Shown in pieces: positions 1 to 13,575 of a DNA stretch of 64,000 nucleotides. The stretch is from Eledone cirrhosa (Eukaryota). Below the pieces are notes generated by a model, which saw nothing but the letters and a program-made list of their open reading frames with translations, had not been told where the DNA came from and searched no databases. A program made the translations under genes and the position numbers. The stretch lies in NCBI GenBank assembly GCA_964016885.1, contig OZ024751.1:22320001-22384000 (forward strand), in the 5' to 3' direction. Within the stretch, counting starts at the first letter, position 1. Every line of letters begins with the position of its first letter.

Positions 1-89
1 CACTCGTTCTCCAATTCTGTATACATACACACGTGAACTCACACACACACACTGGCATGTGAGTGAGTGCATGTATGTATGTATGTATG

Positions 90-126
<37 letters not shown>

Positions 127-460
127 GGAGGCACATGGCTTAGTGGTTAGAGAATTGGCCTTGCAATTGAAAGGTTGTGAGTTCAATTCTCGGACTGGGT
201 GATGTGTTGTTTCCTTGAGCAAGACACTTTATTTCACATTGCTCCAGTTTACTCAGCTGTAGAAATGAGATGATAGGGACTGGGGTCCCTATCATTCCAC
301 TGCAAAGTGGTCGTGGAGGTGCTACAGCAAAAAAGCACCCAGCACTCACTGTAAATGAGGTTGGTGTTAGGAAGGGCATCCAACTGTAGAAATCAAGCCA
401 GAATCAGTTCCTGTCCCACCCTTGCAAGCAAGGAAAAGCAGACGTAAAATGATGATGATG
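127..460 (+). mobile_element. tRNA-head SINE family A, near full length, with RTE-type 3' tail
   Basis: A-box TGGCTTAGTGG, B-box GTTCAATTC, TCCTTGAGCAAGACACTTT core, ends CCCACCCTTGCAAGCA..GACGTAAAA(TGA)n; close copies at 51878 and 57718. Confidence 0.85.
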
Positions 461-550
461 ATATATATGTGTGAGTGTGTGTGTGTGAATGTGTGTATCT
501 ATATGTGTGAGTACATGTTTATATATTTCTATTTATATATTATTACATAA

Positions 551-661
551 AATTGTTTCTACTTTTGGCACAAGGCCAGCAATTACCCCAGTATATTACT
601 GGTACTTTATTTTATCGACCCCGTAAGGATGAAAGGCAAAGTTAACCTCGACGGGATTTCA
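551..661 (-). mobile_element. SINE family B, 3' fragment
   Basis: Reverse complement of TTTGCCTTTCATCCTTACGGGGTCGATAAAATAAAGTACCAG..GTAGAAACAATT; more than 15 copies in the window. Confidence 0.8.
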
Positions 662-777
662 AACAGCCTTATTTATATATATGCATACATATATTTAAAT
701 CTGGCTACACACACACATATATCATCATCATCACTGTTTTTACGTCCGTTCTTCCGCTAGCATGGGTTAGACCGATA

Positions 778-828
<51 letters not shown>

Positions 829-877
829 TAAGAATAAAGGAACAAGGAATCAGTGTTGCATCATAACATATTTGATA

Positions 878-969
878 ACATATTACATATGTTTCACTGT
901 CGATCAGCTCAAGGAACGATCTATTATTGATCGAACCTGGCTCTGGAATCAAAAGATCCTCAGATATGC
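878..969 (-). ncRNA. Type I hammerhead ribozyme motif
   Basis: GCAUAU-CUGAGGA-long stem II-GAAA-CAUAUG-UA^AUAUGU; 6-bp stem I, palindromic stem III; homologue at 26830. Confidence 0.7.
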
Positions 970-1095
970 CTCAATATGTAAGCTCGTCTCTGGTTTTGGG
1001 TGAATATCTCCAGTACCTTGTTATATTTACCACATTCCAACAACATGGTATTCTGAGGTCTCTGCATATTGGTCCGTTATTCATCCTAAAATCCT

Positions 1096-1149
<54 letters not shown>

Positions 1150-1854
1150 TATATATATTTAAAATCATATGAACACATACACACATAGATGTATATCATC
1201 ATTTACACATACAAGCATATGCATATATGATCATTTATACACATACAAAGACATATATATACATACAATCATAAACAAATATATACACAAACATATATAT
1301 GATCATATACACACATAAACATATATATATATATATGCATATATATATATATATAAACATATACACACATATACAAGTACATTTATACAATCATATAAAT
1401 ACATATACTATACACATACACATATATATACACATCCAAACACACAAACACATCACACAAAACTGTCTCATTAAGCTTTGTAAAGTAATTAATTTTACTT
1501 CAATGATATATTTCAATAGATCCACTCACCCCTCACACTTCTCTCACACACTCACACACACACATGCACACACACATACATGTATACACATCCGTATGTA
1601 TGCAGGCATATTACACCTACACACACATACACACAGACACACATAGGCCAATACACACATGCATATATGCACCTGTATACATACACACGCATGTGTGCTT
1701 GTGTGTATATATGTGTATACATACACACATATATACACACAAGCACACATGCAAAGACACACATATACAAGTATATATATATATATATATATATACGCAC
1801 ATATATATATATGCATATATATATATATATATATACACACACATATACATATAT

Positions 1855-1895
<41 letters not shown>

Positions 1896-1974
1896 TACAT
1901 ATATACAGATGTATGTATGTACACACATTGCGTCAATCTATCACATACACACTCCACTCTCTCTATCCCCCTCT

Positions 1975-2222
1975 TTCACACACACTACTCCCCACTCTCT
2001 CTCTATCCCTTTCTCTCACACACACTACTCCCCACTCTCTCTCTATCCCTTTCTCTCTCACACACACTACTCCCCACTCTCTCTATGCCCCTCTCTCACA
2101 CACACTACTCCCCACTCTCTCTCTATCCCTCTCTCTCACACACACTACTCCCCACTCTCTCTCTATCCCTCTCTCTCACACACACTACTCCCCACTCTCT
2201 CTCTATCCCTCTCTCTCACACA
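1975..2222. repeat. ~40-bp minisatellite, about 6 copies
   Basis: CACACACTACTCCCCACTCTCTCTATCCCTCTCTCT units. Confidence 0.85.
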
Positions 2223-2329
2223 CATAAATTGCACAGTTTGCAAATATTTGGAGTATAATTTGCTATGGAAGTAATGTACTCCTGGCATTGCCAGGAGATA
2301 TGAGCAGTACACAACTAATTTATTTAACA

Positions 2330-3090
2330 ACAAACACCCAGCCGATTCTGTATGGTGGTAGTGCTAGTCCCACAACAAAATGCATCCAGTCAACCCTGTA
2401 AGATGGTAGCGCTGGTCACACAGGTGATATGACTAAAAAGTATCCAGTCCATTCTATAAGGTGTTCATACTCTTGCCATGACAAACACTATGCAGTCCAC
2501 CCTGTAAGGGCGGGGGGGCGGGGTCTTACCATTGCCATGAAAAACAGTCCCCGGTATACCCTGTAAGAAGGTCATATTGTTGCCATGACAAACAATCCCC
2601 AGTCCACCCTGTCTGGTTTTAGTGCTGGTATCAAACAAACAGTTCCCAGTCCATCATGTAAGGTGGTCATACTGTTACCACAACAAACAGGTCCCAGTCC
2701 ATCATATAAGGTGGTCATACTGTTACCACAACAAACAGTTCCCAGTCCATCATGTAAGTGGGGTCATACTGTTACCACAACAAACAGTTCCCAGTCCACC
2801 CAATCAGATGGTAATGCTGGTGTGAAGACAAATAGTACCAAGTCCAAACTGTAAGATGGTAGTGTTCATGCCACAAGTAAAAGCCCCCAGTCAATCTGTA
2901 GATTTGTGGGGCTTGAGTCACAATAAAATGCTCCTAGTACATGCTATGGAGGCATCCAGCTACAGAATCCAAGCTCCAAACAGAGCAAGACATGATCATT
3001 TAACGAGTCTAGCTTCAGTAGGTGACAACTTATCTAACCCATGCAAGCATGGAAAATAGATGTTCAATGGTGATGATGAAGATGATGAAT
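2330..3090 (+). repeat. Degenerate ~43-bp tandem array of a SINE-internal motif, ending in a SINE/RTE-type tail
   Basis: Repeated CCCAGTCCA(C/T)C(C/A)TGTAAGGTGGT, then GGCATCCAGC..CCCATGCAAGCATGGAAAA..(TGA)n. Confidence 0.7.
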
Positions 3091-3387
3091 AACTACAAGC
3101 ATTTGTTGGTTGTTTTCCTTGCCAAAGCAGAGGTAGGCCTTTTGAGCCTCTTTAGGGTCTTTTTTGAGGCAATGTTTTATGGTCAGAATGCTCTTCCTGT
3201 AACTTCCTACAATACAAAGGGATATGGCATATCGATTCTAAACCAAGTACACATAATACATCATCTATAATTTATTATTCCAGGTAAATGATGGAATATC
3301 AATAGATTTTTATAACTAGAATATAAACCATCACAAAATTTCTCACAAAGCAATATATATATAAACATCTCTCTCTCTCTCTGTATG

Positions 3388-3418
<31 letters not shown>

Positions 3419-3589
3419 TACTATATATATATATATATAGTAATAATAATAAATATATATATATATAAAATTGAGAATTTTGATATAATTGTAAATAGTT
3501 GGTATAAAAAACATTATTTGTCTTTTGGCTTCAAAATGACAGCGAAGATCACAGAAAAATATATGTACATTACATGCATGCAATACTGC

Positions 3590-3661
<72 letters not shown>

Positions 3662-4020
3662 CTAGATGTAATATATCACATATTTAGATGAAATCATCTG
3701 CACTAAACAATTACAAGTCATTAGATTTAAGGAAAAAAAATGAAATGGATATTATAAATTTTGACTGCCTTTGAACTAAAATTCAAGATTTAGTTTGACA
3801 GAAGCTTTGAAGAAAATCAACCACAAGTGTATGTGTATGTATATGTGTGTGTTTGCATGTATATATAGATATATATGTGTGTGTATGTATATATATATAT
3901 ATACATAAATATGTGTGTACATACATGTTTGTATATAACCATTATCATCATTTAACGTTTGCTTAAATCAGGTTGATGATGATAATGATATGCAAACATA
4001 TATGTCTGCGTGTGTGTATT

Positions 4021-4063
<43 letters not shown>

Positions 4064-4066
4064 TTT

Positions 4067-4105
<39 letters not shown>

Positions 4106-5484
4106 GTATATATATATATATTTATTAAAATAACAGATTAAAGTTTAAGCAAAGAATCGCTGCTTTCACCCTTAACGGTATCTTATATATTTGATATATA
4201 TTTATCCTTATCGAGCCCTCTTTGGATTTTAGTCTTCAAATTTATTATTATTACTATATATATATATATATCAGAAGGCAGTGAAAAAAATACTCTTTGA
4301 AGGAGGAAAAAAAAATTGAAAATTTGTTATAAAAATTTTATTAAATTAGAATTTATGTCTTCAGGATTCAAGAAAAAAAAACATCTTTCATTATTGCTGT
4401 TTGTACATATTTAGATGGAAAAAAAAAAGCGTTTTTTAATGCATTGGAGAAAAAAGAAGACTCTATGAAACTATATTATTGAGTCTGTTACTGTGTAGAT
4501 ATTTTTAGTTATATCCTAATAAAATACACCTGATGCTCAGCTAGGATCTAGTGCATATTTTATAACAAACTTGACTTGATAAAGGATTCATTTTATGTTG
4601 GGTCTTAAAGATACAATAAAGGTGTGGTTAAATATATATGTGTATGTGGTTAAATATGTGTTTGTATGTGTGCTTATGTATATGTTTATATATGTGTGTT
4701 TATGTATGTTGTGTATGTGGTTAAATATGTGTTTGTATGTGTGTTTATGCATATGTTTAAATACATGTGTTTGTGTATGTTGTTAAATATGTGTGAATGT
4801 GTTTGTTTGTGTGTGTGTGTGGTTAAAAATGTGTTTCTGTATGTGTATTCGTGTACAGGGTTAAATGTGTGTTTTTGTATAGGATTAAATATGTGAGTGT
4901 TTATGATTAAATATGTGTATGTGTATGTAGTTAAAATTGTGTGTGTTTGTGTACATGGGTAAATATGTTTGTGTATGTGGTTAAATATGTGTGTGTTTGT
5001 ATATGTGGTTAATTATGTGTGTTTGTATATATGGTTAGATATATGTGTATGCAGTTAAATGTTTGTGTGTCTATGTGTATGCGGTTAAATGTGTGTGTGT
5101 TGGATCTCTGTCAGTTCCACTAACGAGTGTTCCAGTTGTTTCATCAATGGAACAGACTGCTTGAGAAATTTAACATGCAAGTGGCTGAGTATTCCACAGA
5201 CACATTCCTTTCACATAGTTTTCAGGGAGATTCAGCATGACAATGCACGACAAGGCTAGCCCCATAAATTACAGGTATAACTCACTATGTGTCAAGGCCC
5301 TTTGAATCACAGGTACAACTAATGTTTGCCCGTTGAATGGATTGGAGTAACATGAAATAAATCACCTGAATCCTCTACAAACCTTAGTATTATTTCAATG
5401 TGTCTCTTTTATATGAATTCTAAAATAGTTAGCTCCCTTATATCTCCATACAATAAATATAATTATCTCTGTATTAAATACCAA

Positions 5485-5546
5485 AGGCTGATGATCTGAG
5501 ACTTATTTCAATGAAGTCTGAAATAGTTAGAGAAACAATTGTACCT
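5485..5546 (+). ncRNA. Type I hammerhead motif with short stem I
   Basis: AGG-CUGAUGA-UCUGA..UUAGA-GAAA-CAAUUG-UA^CCU, followed by AATAAA and a microsatellite. Confidence 0.55.
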
Positions 5547-5717
5547 AAACGACACCAGAGTTAATGTAATAAATCTCTCTCTCTCTCTTTATATATATAT
5601 ATATATATATATACACAAACACACACACATTATATATATATATAACTATTTCTTTTAAGCATGAAACTGATATGACAATATGTTAATGCATCCTCTTGTT
5701 TGTTCGTTTATTGTATT

Positions 5718-5749
<32 letters not shown>

Positions 5750-5754
<5 letters not shown>

Positions 5755-5958
5755 AACGAGTAGGACCCCGATGGCTGAGCTCAAGCCGTTTCGACAGCTA
5801 ATTCTGGACTGAATTAGAGTCCAGAATTAGCCGTCGAAATGGCTTGAGCTCAGCCATCGGGGTCCTACTCGTTCCTATTACCCACTCTACTACCCTAAGT
5901 ATTGAGTACTTTGGTGCGTTATGATCCACCTGGTTCCTTACCACATTTCCTTCGTTAT
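5750..5958 (+). mobile_element. Fold-back element with the 3' half of a hammerhead (Penelope-like relic)
   Basis: 61-bp inverted arms 5750-5810 and 5818-5878 plus an ~80-bp tail, (TA)n on both sides; sister copy at 55287. Confidence 0.7.
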
Positions 5959-6133
5959 ATATATATATATATATATATAGGAAAAAGTATGACCCCGACG
6001 GCAGAACTCAAGCCGTTTCGACGGCTATATATATATATATATATATATACACACGCACATATCATTCTAAATCTTCTGCAACAAAGTATTTATAGAGGCA
6101 ATGAATTTTGGGTAGACAATGTTGCTTTTGAAG

Positions 6134-6164
<31 letters not shown>

Positions 6165-6468
6165 ACTGAATGTTAATCTAAAATGATAAAGAGATAATCG
6201 TTTATTTCTTTTTTCTTTTTGCTTTCAGTACAAACCAACTAAAACCGATCAAAACTTGCTTCAAGAAATGATTTTAAATTACACAAGATTCAACCTTTAA
6301 CAGTGTAGTAATTAGATTCTTCTATCCAGAAACTTCCATTTATTACAAGAATTGCTTCTTGTGAAAATGTATTTGCTATCATATCTTAGGAATGAAAGTA
6401 ATTTAACTCCTTCATTACATTGTATTCCAAATTATTAATGAAGAATTTGGAGGGTTCTACTGAAATTA

Positions 6469-6979
6469 TTAACCCTTCATTAGAATATTTCTAATGAAAG
6501 ACATTGCCCATGATTTACAAATAATTTTGAAAATAATTACAAATAAGGAGGGATTTAATAATATAACTAACTTTCTCATTATTGAAATAGTGTTTTGAAC
6601 ATAAATTAAAGATTCTTACATAAAATTAAGAACGGCAAACATAGATGGGCTGGCCATATCTCTCATCTCAGAGACAACAGCCGGGCTATTAGAGCAATGA
6701 AGTGGACACCAAGGCAGTCGAGAAGAACCAGAGGACAGCCAAAGGCAAGATGGCATGATGATCTGACCTGATACCTTGGCCTAATATGGCCAAAGATAGG
6801 AAGCAGTGGACATCCACCAGGGGGGGGGGGTCCTCCAATAGGAGTGAGAAGATTCTGGATTTTAGATTTTGGACATCAAATTTTGATGGAAGAATTTTAA
6901 ATAAATATACTTTACAATAAACAGTTTGATATCATAGAACCAGGGGAGGTTTTAGGTAGTTTGGCATCAAAAGGGTTAA
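6469..6979. mobile_element. Non-autonomous DNA transposon with TTAA-CCC...GGG-TTAA ends (piggyBac-like), interrupted by an RTE fragment
   Basis: TTAACCCTT at 6469 and AAGGGTTAA ending at 6979; related sequence at 42686 and 52488. Confidence 0.55.
6632..6850 (+). mobile_element. RTE LINE 3' fragment
   Basis: Translates to RWAGHISHLRDNSRAIRAMKWTPRQSRRTRGQPKARWHDDL. Confidence 0.75.
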
Positions 6980-9493
6980 TAAAAATACTTTTTTTTCTCT
7001 TTTTATCTTTTATGTTTTACTTTATTCCATTTATTTATTTTTAACTTTCATCATACCCAAAACAATCCTAACCATATACTTCACAAAACAATCCTAACCA
7101 TATATTTTACAATCTTCTATATAAACCGTGAAAGAATGTGGCTTAGTGGTTAGGGTACTGGATTTGCAATTGTTAGGTTGTGAGCTCGATTCCCAAACTG
7201 TTTGGTATGTTGTGTCCTTGAGTAAGACACTTTATTTCATATTGTTCCAGTCCAATTCAACTGGAAAAAAATGAGTTACAACAGCAATATGATATATGTC
7301 ATGGAGAGAGGAAACCAACTGCTGATTTCTAGAAAACATTTAGCCCAGGCTTGTGCCTCAGAAAGCAGAGCCACACTCACCCATGGTCAGTCAGTCTGGA
7401 TGTGAAACTCATGGCAAGTCCCAACCAGAAAAAATCTCTATTTTTTCTTTTTTCATATAAACTAGACTGCTTTGAAACATTCATATCATTAATATTCTTT
7501 GATGGAGAGGCATGAACACCATATATTCCCATTATCTTCTTTTCCCATTTCTCTATATGATATTTCCAGTAAATTAAGTTCAATCACCTACTCATGGACT
7601 CTATTGGTTAAGAATTTAACAACACAGAGCAAGAAAAATACTGATGTTCTTTGATGTTACACATCTCTCATTATTTCACCTGTGTGTCAAATAAACCAAA
7701 TTAAAAAAAAAAAAGAATTTCTTAAACGTAATTTTCATAATATAAATAGAATTAAAACTGAATAAAGTTTTTGATTTTTTTTTTCAAATTTTGAAATATT
7801 TATATTCAATAATTCCTTTTCGTTTCCTTATTTCGATAAAGAAATTAAATTTAATTTACAGGAAATATAATGTAATATAAAATTGAAGCAACTTTTCAAT
7901 GCATCATGAAATACCAATATTCTGAAGAATAACAGAAGAACAGCATTACAACAAGTTGGAGAAAAATAATAATTTTTCCGGTTTTTATTTTTATTTTTTT
8001 AATTTTTGTTTTTTAATTCATTAATTGGTAATGTGGCTTAGTGGTTAAGGTGTTAAACTTGGGATCATAAAGTCATAAGTGTGATTCATGTAATGGGTGA
8101 CACATTGTGTTCTTGAGAAAGACACTTCATTTCACAATTATTTTCATTATGATCAAGGCAGGGAGTCTTTATCATTAAAACATCAAGGGGTGATTACTAG
8201 CAGTTGGATATCAAAAGGGTATGAAAAACATTGTGACATATTTAAATTTAAGTAAAAAAAAAAAAAATCATCAACAACAACAACAAAATCAAATGGCACT
8301 CACATTATCCTCGGTGAGCAAAAAAAGAATATATGTTAGGTTTTTTTGAAAGAATGTAAAGAAAAAATAAAACATTATCTAGACTATATTTAGTCAAGTG
8401 AAGGTGGCTTAATGGTTAGGGAGATGGATTCAGTATCGTGAAGTTATGAGTTCAACTTCCAGACCCAGTGATATGTTGTATTCTGGAGCAAGACACTTTA
8501 TTTCACATTACTTCTTTTGCCAGGAGTTGCAACTGGTAGATAGTATTAGCAACTGGAAAGATCACTGGTAACCTTGATTTCCCTGGTTCATTTTGACAAG
8601 CTGGTAAGAGAATGAGGTCTGGGACCTTGTCAATTTGGATCAATAATTTAGTTAACTATAGAATATTATCGTTTATGATGTAAGTGTCAAAGTGTGTGGC
8701 TTAGTGGATAGAGGTTTTGGCTCATGATCATAAGGTTGTGAGTTTGATTCCCAGTAGTGCATTGTGTCCGTGAACAAGTCACTTTATTTATTTTACATTC
8801 GCTTACCGAGTGGGGTGGGGTGGAACTTGTGAAATTGGACCAAGGAAACAATGATTCCATTGGTCTTTCCATTGCAACTCCTGGGAGAATGAGCAACATG
8901 AAATAAAGAGTCTTGCTCAAGGACATAACGCATTGCCTGCTCTGGTTAATTGAACTTGCAACCTCACAATTGAGAATCCAATTCTCTAACCACTAAGCCA
9001 CATGTTTTCAAATCAGTCTAAGGAAAATATATTTCCATTGGTCTTTCAATTGCTAACGTTATCTACAGGTAGCAACTCCTGACAGAAGTGTTACAGTTTT
9101 AATAGTGATGGAAGATGGGAACTGAACTAAGAATGGACAGAGCTAGAACAGATACTGCAAAACATCCTGCTTGAAGCTTTAATAATTTTGGCAATTTGCT
9201 GCCCCTTGACTGGTACATATTTTATTTAGTCCAAAAATATAAAAGAAACAGTAAAGCTCAACAGGATTTGAACCCAGAGTGCAGAGAACCAAGGCAAATA
9301 CCAAGGTTTTAATCCAACACTCTAACAATTCTGCCAAGTAGATTCTCAATAATATTTAAAAACTGCCGAAACTTACAGATATGTAATAAAAACAACAACA
9401 CTCTTTGCTGAAATATAAATATCTTTCCTATATGTTGGTGCAAAGTGAAATAAATAGAATGCATACACACACATATATTATATATATATATAT

Positions 9494-9580
<87 letters not shown>

Positions 9581-9607
9581 CATTAATACATACATATATA
9601 TATCTAT

Positions 9608-10034
9608 CTAGGGCGGGTAAAATTCCTGAGATCCATGGACGAGTTCTCTCCAGCGGTCTCTGTCCCTCATTATCACTGCCATGTCCTGCGTCTCCAACAG
9701 ACCAGTGTCTGTCCTTAGGGCATCAACATACGTTAACCTTGGTCTTCCTCTTCCAGTGTGTCCATGTAGGGGCTCCCACAGGAGCACTGAGTGCAATGTC
9801 AACTCTGGATGTTGGTGAACATGTCCAGCTAACCTCAGTCTCCTCTGTGTCACTTTTGAGCTGACTTTTGGGATGCTCCCATACAGCTCTGAGTTTTTCA
9901 TCCTCAGTGTATACTGATTAATGTTCAGAGCCATCCTCAGCATTCTCGTGTAGCACCCATCCACCATCTGAGTGAGTTTCTTGGTCAGTGTCCAAGTCTC
10001 AGACCCGTACAGCAGCACAGACTCCACTACAGCA
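9608..10034 (-). mobile_element. RTE-clade LINE 3' fragment
   Basis: VESVLLYGSETWTLTK..RRLRLAGHV..GRGRPRLTYVD..DRDRWR C-terminal RT motifs; flanked by (TA)n. Confidence 0.85.
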
Positions 10035-10238
10035 ATATATATATACATGTATATATATGTATATATACATGCAATTATATACATACATATAGATATATAC
10101 GCATATAAATATATTTATCATAGACACACACACACACACACATATATATACATACGTATATAAAGTGTAAATGTAAAGGAGCTTAATCTTTTAAGCATAT
10201 GAGATGAATTTGCAGAACAGGTGATCTGAACTGAATAA

Positions 10239-10252
10239 TCACTTAGAAATAC
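10239..10252 (-). CDS. Possible terminal coding exon (G-I-S-K-stop) of the IgSF gene
   Basis: tcttctgtcag|GT ATT TCT AAG TGA fits the phase-1 donor at 12787; the site could also be a donor or chance. Confidence 0.25.
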
Positions 10253-10485
10253 CTGACAGAAGACACCACCAAATACAGGTACACATGCAGACATACACAT
10301 ATACTTGCACACACAAACGTACACAGGTGTAGTGAACAAACACATAAGCCGACTTCTATGTATAACTTCACATATACAAATATATAACATAACACAATGC
10401 CTACATTGGAACTATATATATATAGACACACATATATTAAAATATATAAAAACAAATGGAATAAACATATTTCTTTTCTGGTGTA

Positions 10486-10519
<34 letters not shown>

Positions 10520-11268
10520 CTCACATACACATATATACACACACAAACAAATACATGCATATACATACACCCACACATATATATATATATATATATCTGC
10601 TGGATGAGGTGTATGTTGTTGATCTATATAAATGCATTCAGTATACTCTGTTAACTGGTTGGTGATAGGAAGGGCATCCAGCCATAGAAAACCTACCCCC
10701 CTCCCCCCAAAAAAATTCAGGAGGACCCTTCAGCTGTGTAAAAGACATGACGACCTTCCTAGTACTGGTGCCATGATAAAAAGTCACTCTGTAGAATGTG
10801 GGATCATATGTAAGTGAGATATCTGCTCCCTGTCCATCTGAGAGGTTAGTTGTCCAGCCTGACAATTGATTGGTCTGTGATGACCTATCCAACAGCAGGG
10901 AAGATGAACATTGAATGATGTTGATGATGATGATATCATCATCAACATTTAATGTCAATTTTACCATTGAACTTGTGTTAGCTTGGATAAGTGAATATCA
11001 AACAATATATAAATATTCATATATATCTATATATATATATATATATAGAGGGAGAGGACGAAGGAGCGAGAGAGAGTGAAAGAGAGTGAGTGAGAGAAAG
11101 AGAGTGGCAGAGAGAGAGAGTGAATGATAGAGAGAGTCAGTGGGAGAGGGAGAGTGAGAGAGAGAATGGGAGTTACCAGCTTAGTACTTGATAATTAGAG
11201 TGTATGTATTGTAATGAGTTACTGCTCGACAGCTGAGCTCTTGCTGTTTCGATGGCAAGTGTATGTAT

Positions 11269-11345
<77 letters not shown>

Positions 11346-11357
11346 TATATGTATATA

Positions 11358-11408
<51 letters not shown>

Positions 11409-11409
11409 G

Positions 11410-11493
<84 letters not shown>

Positions 11494-11507
11494 TATACAT
11501 ATATACA

Positions 11508-11761
11508 TATATTAATAAGAGGAATTCCAACTTTGTCTGATTTACTCGTTTTATTTACAATCCTTTAAAATATATATAATGGTATTATAATGAAATAGTA
11601 TGATAGAATATTAAATTCTAAGTGTTAATTCTAAGTTCAATTAACACTTAGAATTTAATATTCTATCATACTATTTCATTATAATACCATTATATATATT
11701 TTAAAGGATTGTAAATAAAACGAGTAAATCAGACAAAGTTGGAATTCCTCTTATTAATATA
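11508..11761. repeat. Apparently perfect palindrome, 123-bp arms, 8-nt loop
   Basis: 11508-11630 is the reverse complement of 11639-11761. Confidence 0.9.
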
Positions 11762-11802
11762 ATCTTCTATACACAATCATACACACCCGTGTATATTTAC
11801 CC

Positions 11803-11888
<86 letters not shown>

Positions 11889-11994
11889 TTCTCCACATTT
11901 CTCCGTGTTATGTCTTCATTGTAGTATTAAATTTAATTATATATATATATCAATGATATTAATAAATGGAAACTATATTTATAAAACCATATTT

Positions 11995-12053
11995 ATTTTA
12001 TTATATATATTTCAAGGGTACCAAAATTTTGGCACGCTCTCATCAGATAAAAT
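11995..12053 (-). ncRNA. Type I hammerhead motif (left arm of palindrome)
   Basis: AUUUUAU-CUGAUGA-GAGCGUGCCAAAAUUUUGGUACCCUU-GAAA-UAUAUA-UA^AUAAAAU. Confidence 0.75.
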
Positions 12054-12065
12054 ACCAATTTTTGG

Positions 12066-12124
12066 ATTTTATCTGATGAGAGCGTACCAAAATTTTGGTA
12101 CCCTTGAAATATATATAATAAAAT
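12066..12124 (+). ncRNA. Type I hammerhead motif (right arm of palindrome)
   Basis: AUUUUAU-CUGAUGA-GAGCGUACCAAAAUUUUGGUACCCUU-GAAA-UAUAUA-UA^AUAAAAU; predicted cut after 12117. Confidence 0.75.
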
Positions 12125-12500
12125 AAATATGGTTTTATAAATATAGTTTCCATTTATTAATATCATTGATATTATACTCCAGAAAACTTGTAGAGTGCTT
12201 CGAATCTGTTATAAATAAATTTGTTGAATAAGCCTAGCAGAGCACATCGCTCTCCAGGCTTAAGTACAGCAGATTTCTTCCAGAGAGAGGAAGAATTGAT
12301 ACCAGTACTATACTGGTACCTTTTTTAATCTACCTCTGAAGGATGAAGGGTAAAGTTGACCTCGGCAGGGGTTGAACTTAAACAGCAGAGAGCCAGAGCA
12401 AATACCATAAAGCATTCTATCCGAGGTTCTAAAAACTCTGCTAATTTGCCGTTTATACACACACATATATATATGTATATATACATGCACACATATATAT

Positions 12501-12533
<33 letters not shown>

Positions 12534-12590
12534 CATCCAAACCCATGCAAGCGTGGAACACGGACGTTAAACGATGATGATGATGATGAT

Positions 12591-12621
<31 letters not shown>

Positions 12622-12656
12622 CACACACACATATATATACACACACATATATATAT

Positions 12657-12701
<45 letters not shown>

Positions 12702-12786
12702 TATATATATGTATATATACATACACATAAAAGCACACATATACACATATCACTCACAAAAAGCGCTAATATTTTCAAATTCTTAC

Positions 12787-12933
12787 CATTTCTGTTCGAT
12801 CCTCGGCATGCAATCCGGCCAATCAGGAAACAGGCAGTGATGACTAGTGCAGCTGCTATCATGCCACCGATTATAAAACCTAACGCTGTTCCAGTAGTAA
12901 TCGATGATGGTGATATTCTTACTGTTTGGATTT
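12787..12933 (-). CDS. IgSF receptor exon: stalk and transmembrane helix
   Basis: cag|AA ATC..AAT G|gtaaga, 147 nt; ALGFIIGGMIAAALVITACFLI followed by basic GRIACRGSNRN. Confidence 0.9.
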
Positions 12934-13195
12934 CTGGTGAGGAAAAATAAAAAAAATAAGGAAGACAGGTAAAAAAAGTAGTGTCGGACTGATTTGGCTG
13001 AAATGAACATAGAATAATACATATATACACACACATTATATATATGTGTGTGTGTGTGTGCTTGCGTGCGTGCGTGTGTGCGTGCTTGCGTGCGTGCGTG
13101 AGTGGCTACCTTTTTCTGTCCTTAAGGGTATTTTGCCAGATTTTCTAATGCAATTATCATTTATAGCAATTCTGTGCTTTGGATTTCAGCGTTTC

Positions 13196-13239
<44 letters not shown>

Positions 13240-13575
13240 GATAACCCCACATGCATACATCTTCACCCACAAACACACAACATGCTTACACACACAGAAA
13301 CAAACCCACCCACAAACACATACATACATGTACACACACATACACAGATGCTTACACACACATACACATAGACAAACACACACATATACACACACACATA
13401 TACACACACACACCCACAAACACACAGAGACAAACTCACACATATACTCCCACACCCACAAATACACATGCTTACACACAGAAAAACAAACCCATGTGTA
13501 CACAGATGTAGTTAACATGCACATAAGTAAAAAACAAAACACTGCAAAAAAAAAAAAAAACCCCCAAAAACCAAC

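Noticed and set aside
127-200. tRNA gene
   Set aside because: No acceptor stem closure; continues into a SINE body
1299-2274. Long ORFs rich in I/Y/H/T/C/V here and throughout the track
   Set aside because: Translations of (TA)n/(CA)n microsatellites
7377-7583. Cytoplasmic-tail exon
   Set aside because: No convincing acceptor; the 3' part overlaps repeat-like sequence
8304-8309. 6-nt microexon GATAAT|gtgagt
   Set aside because: Weak GAG acceptor; gives an immediate stop in phase 1
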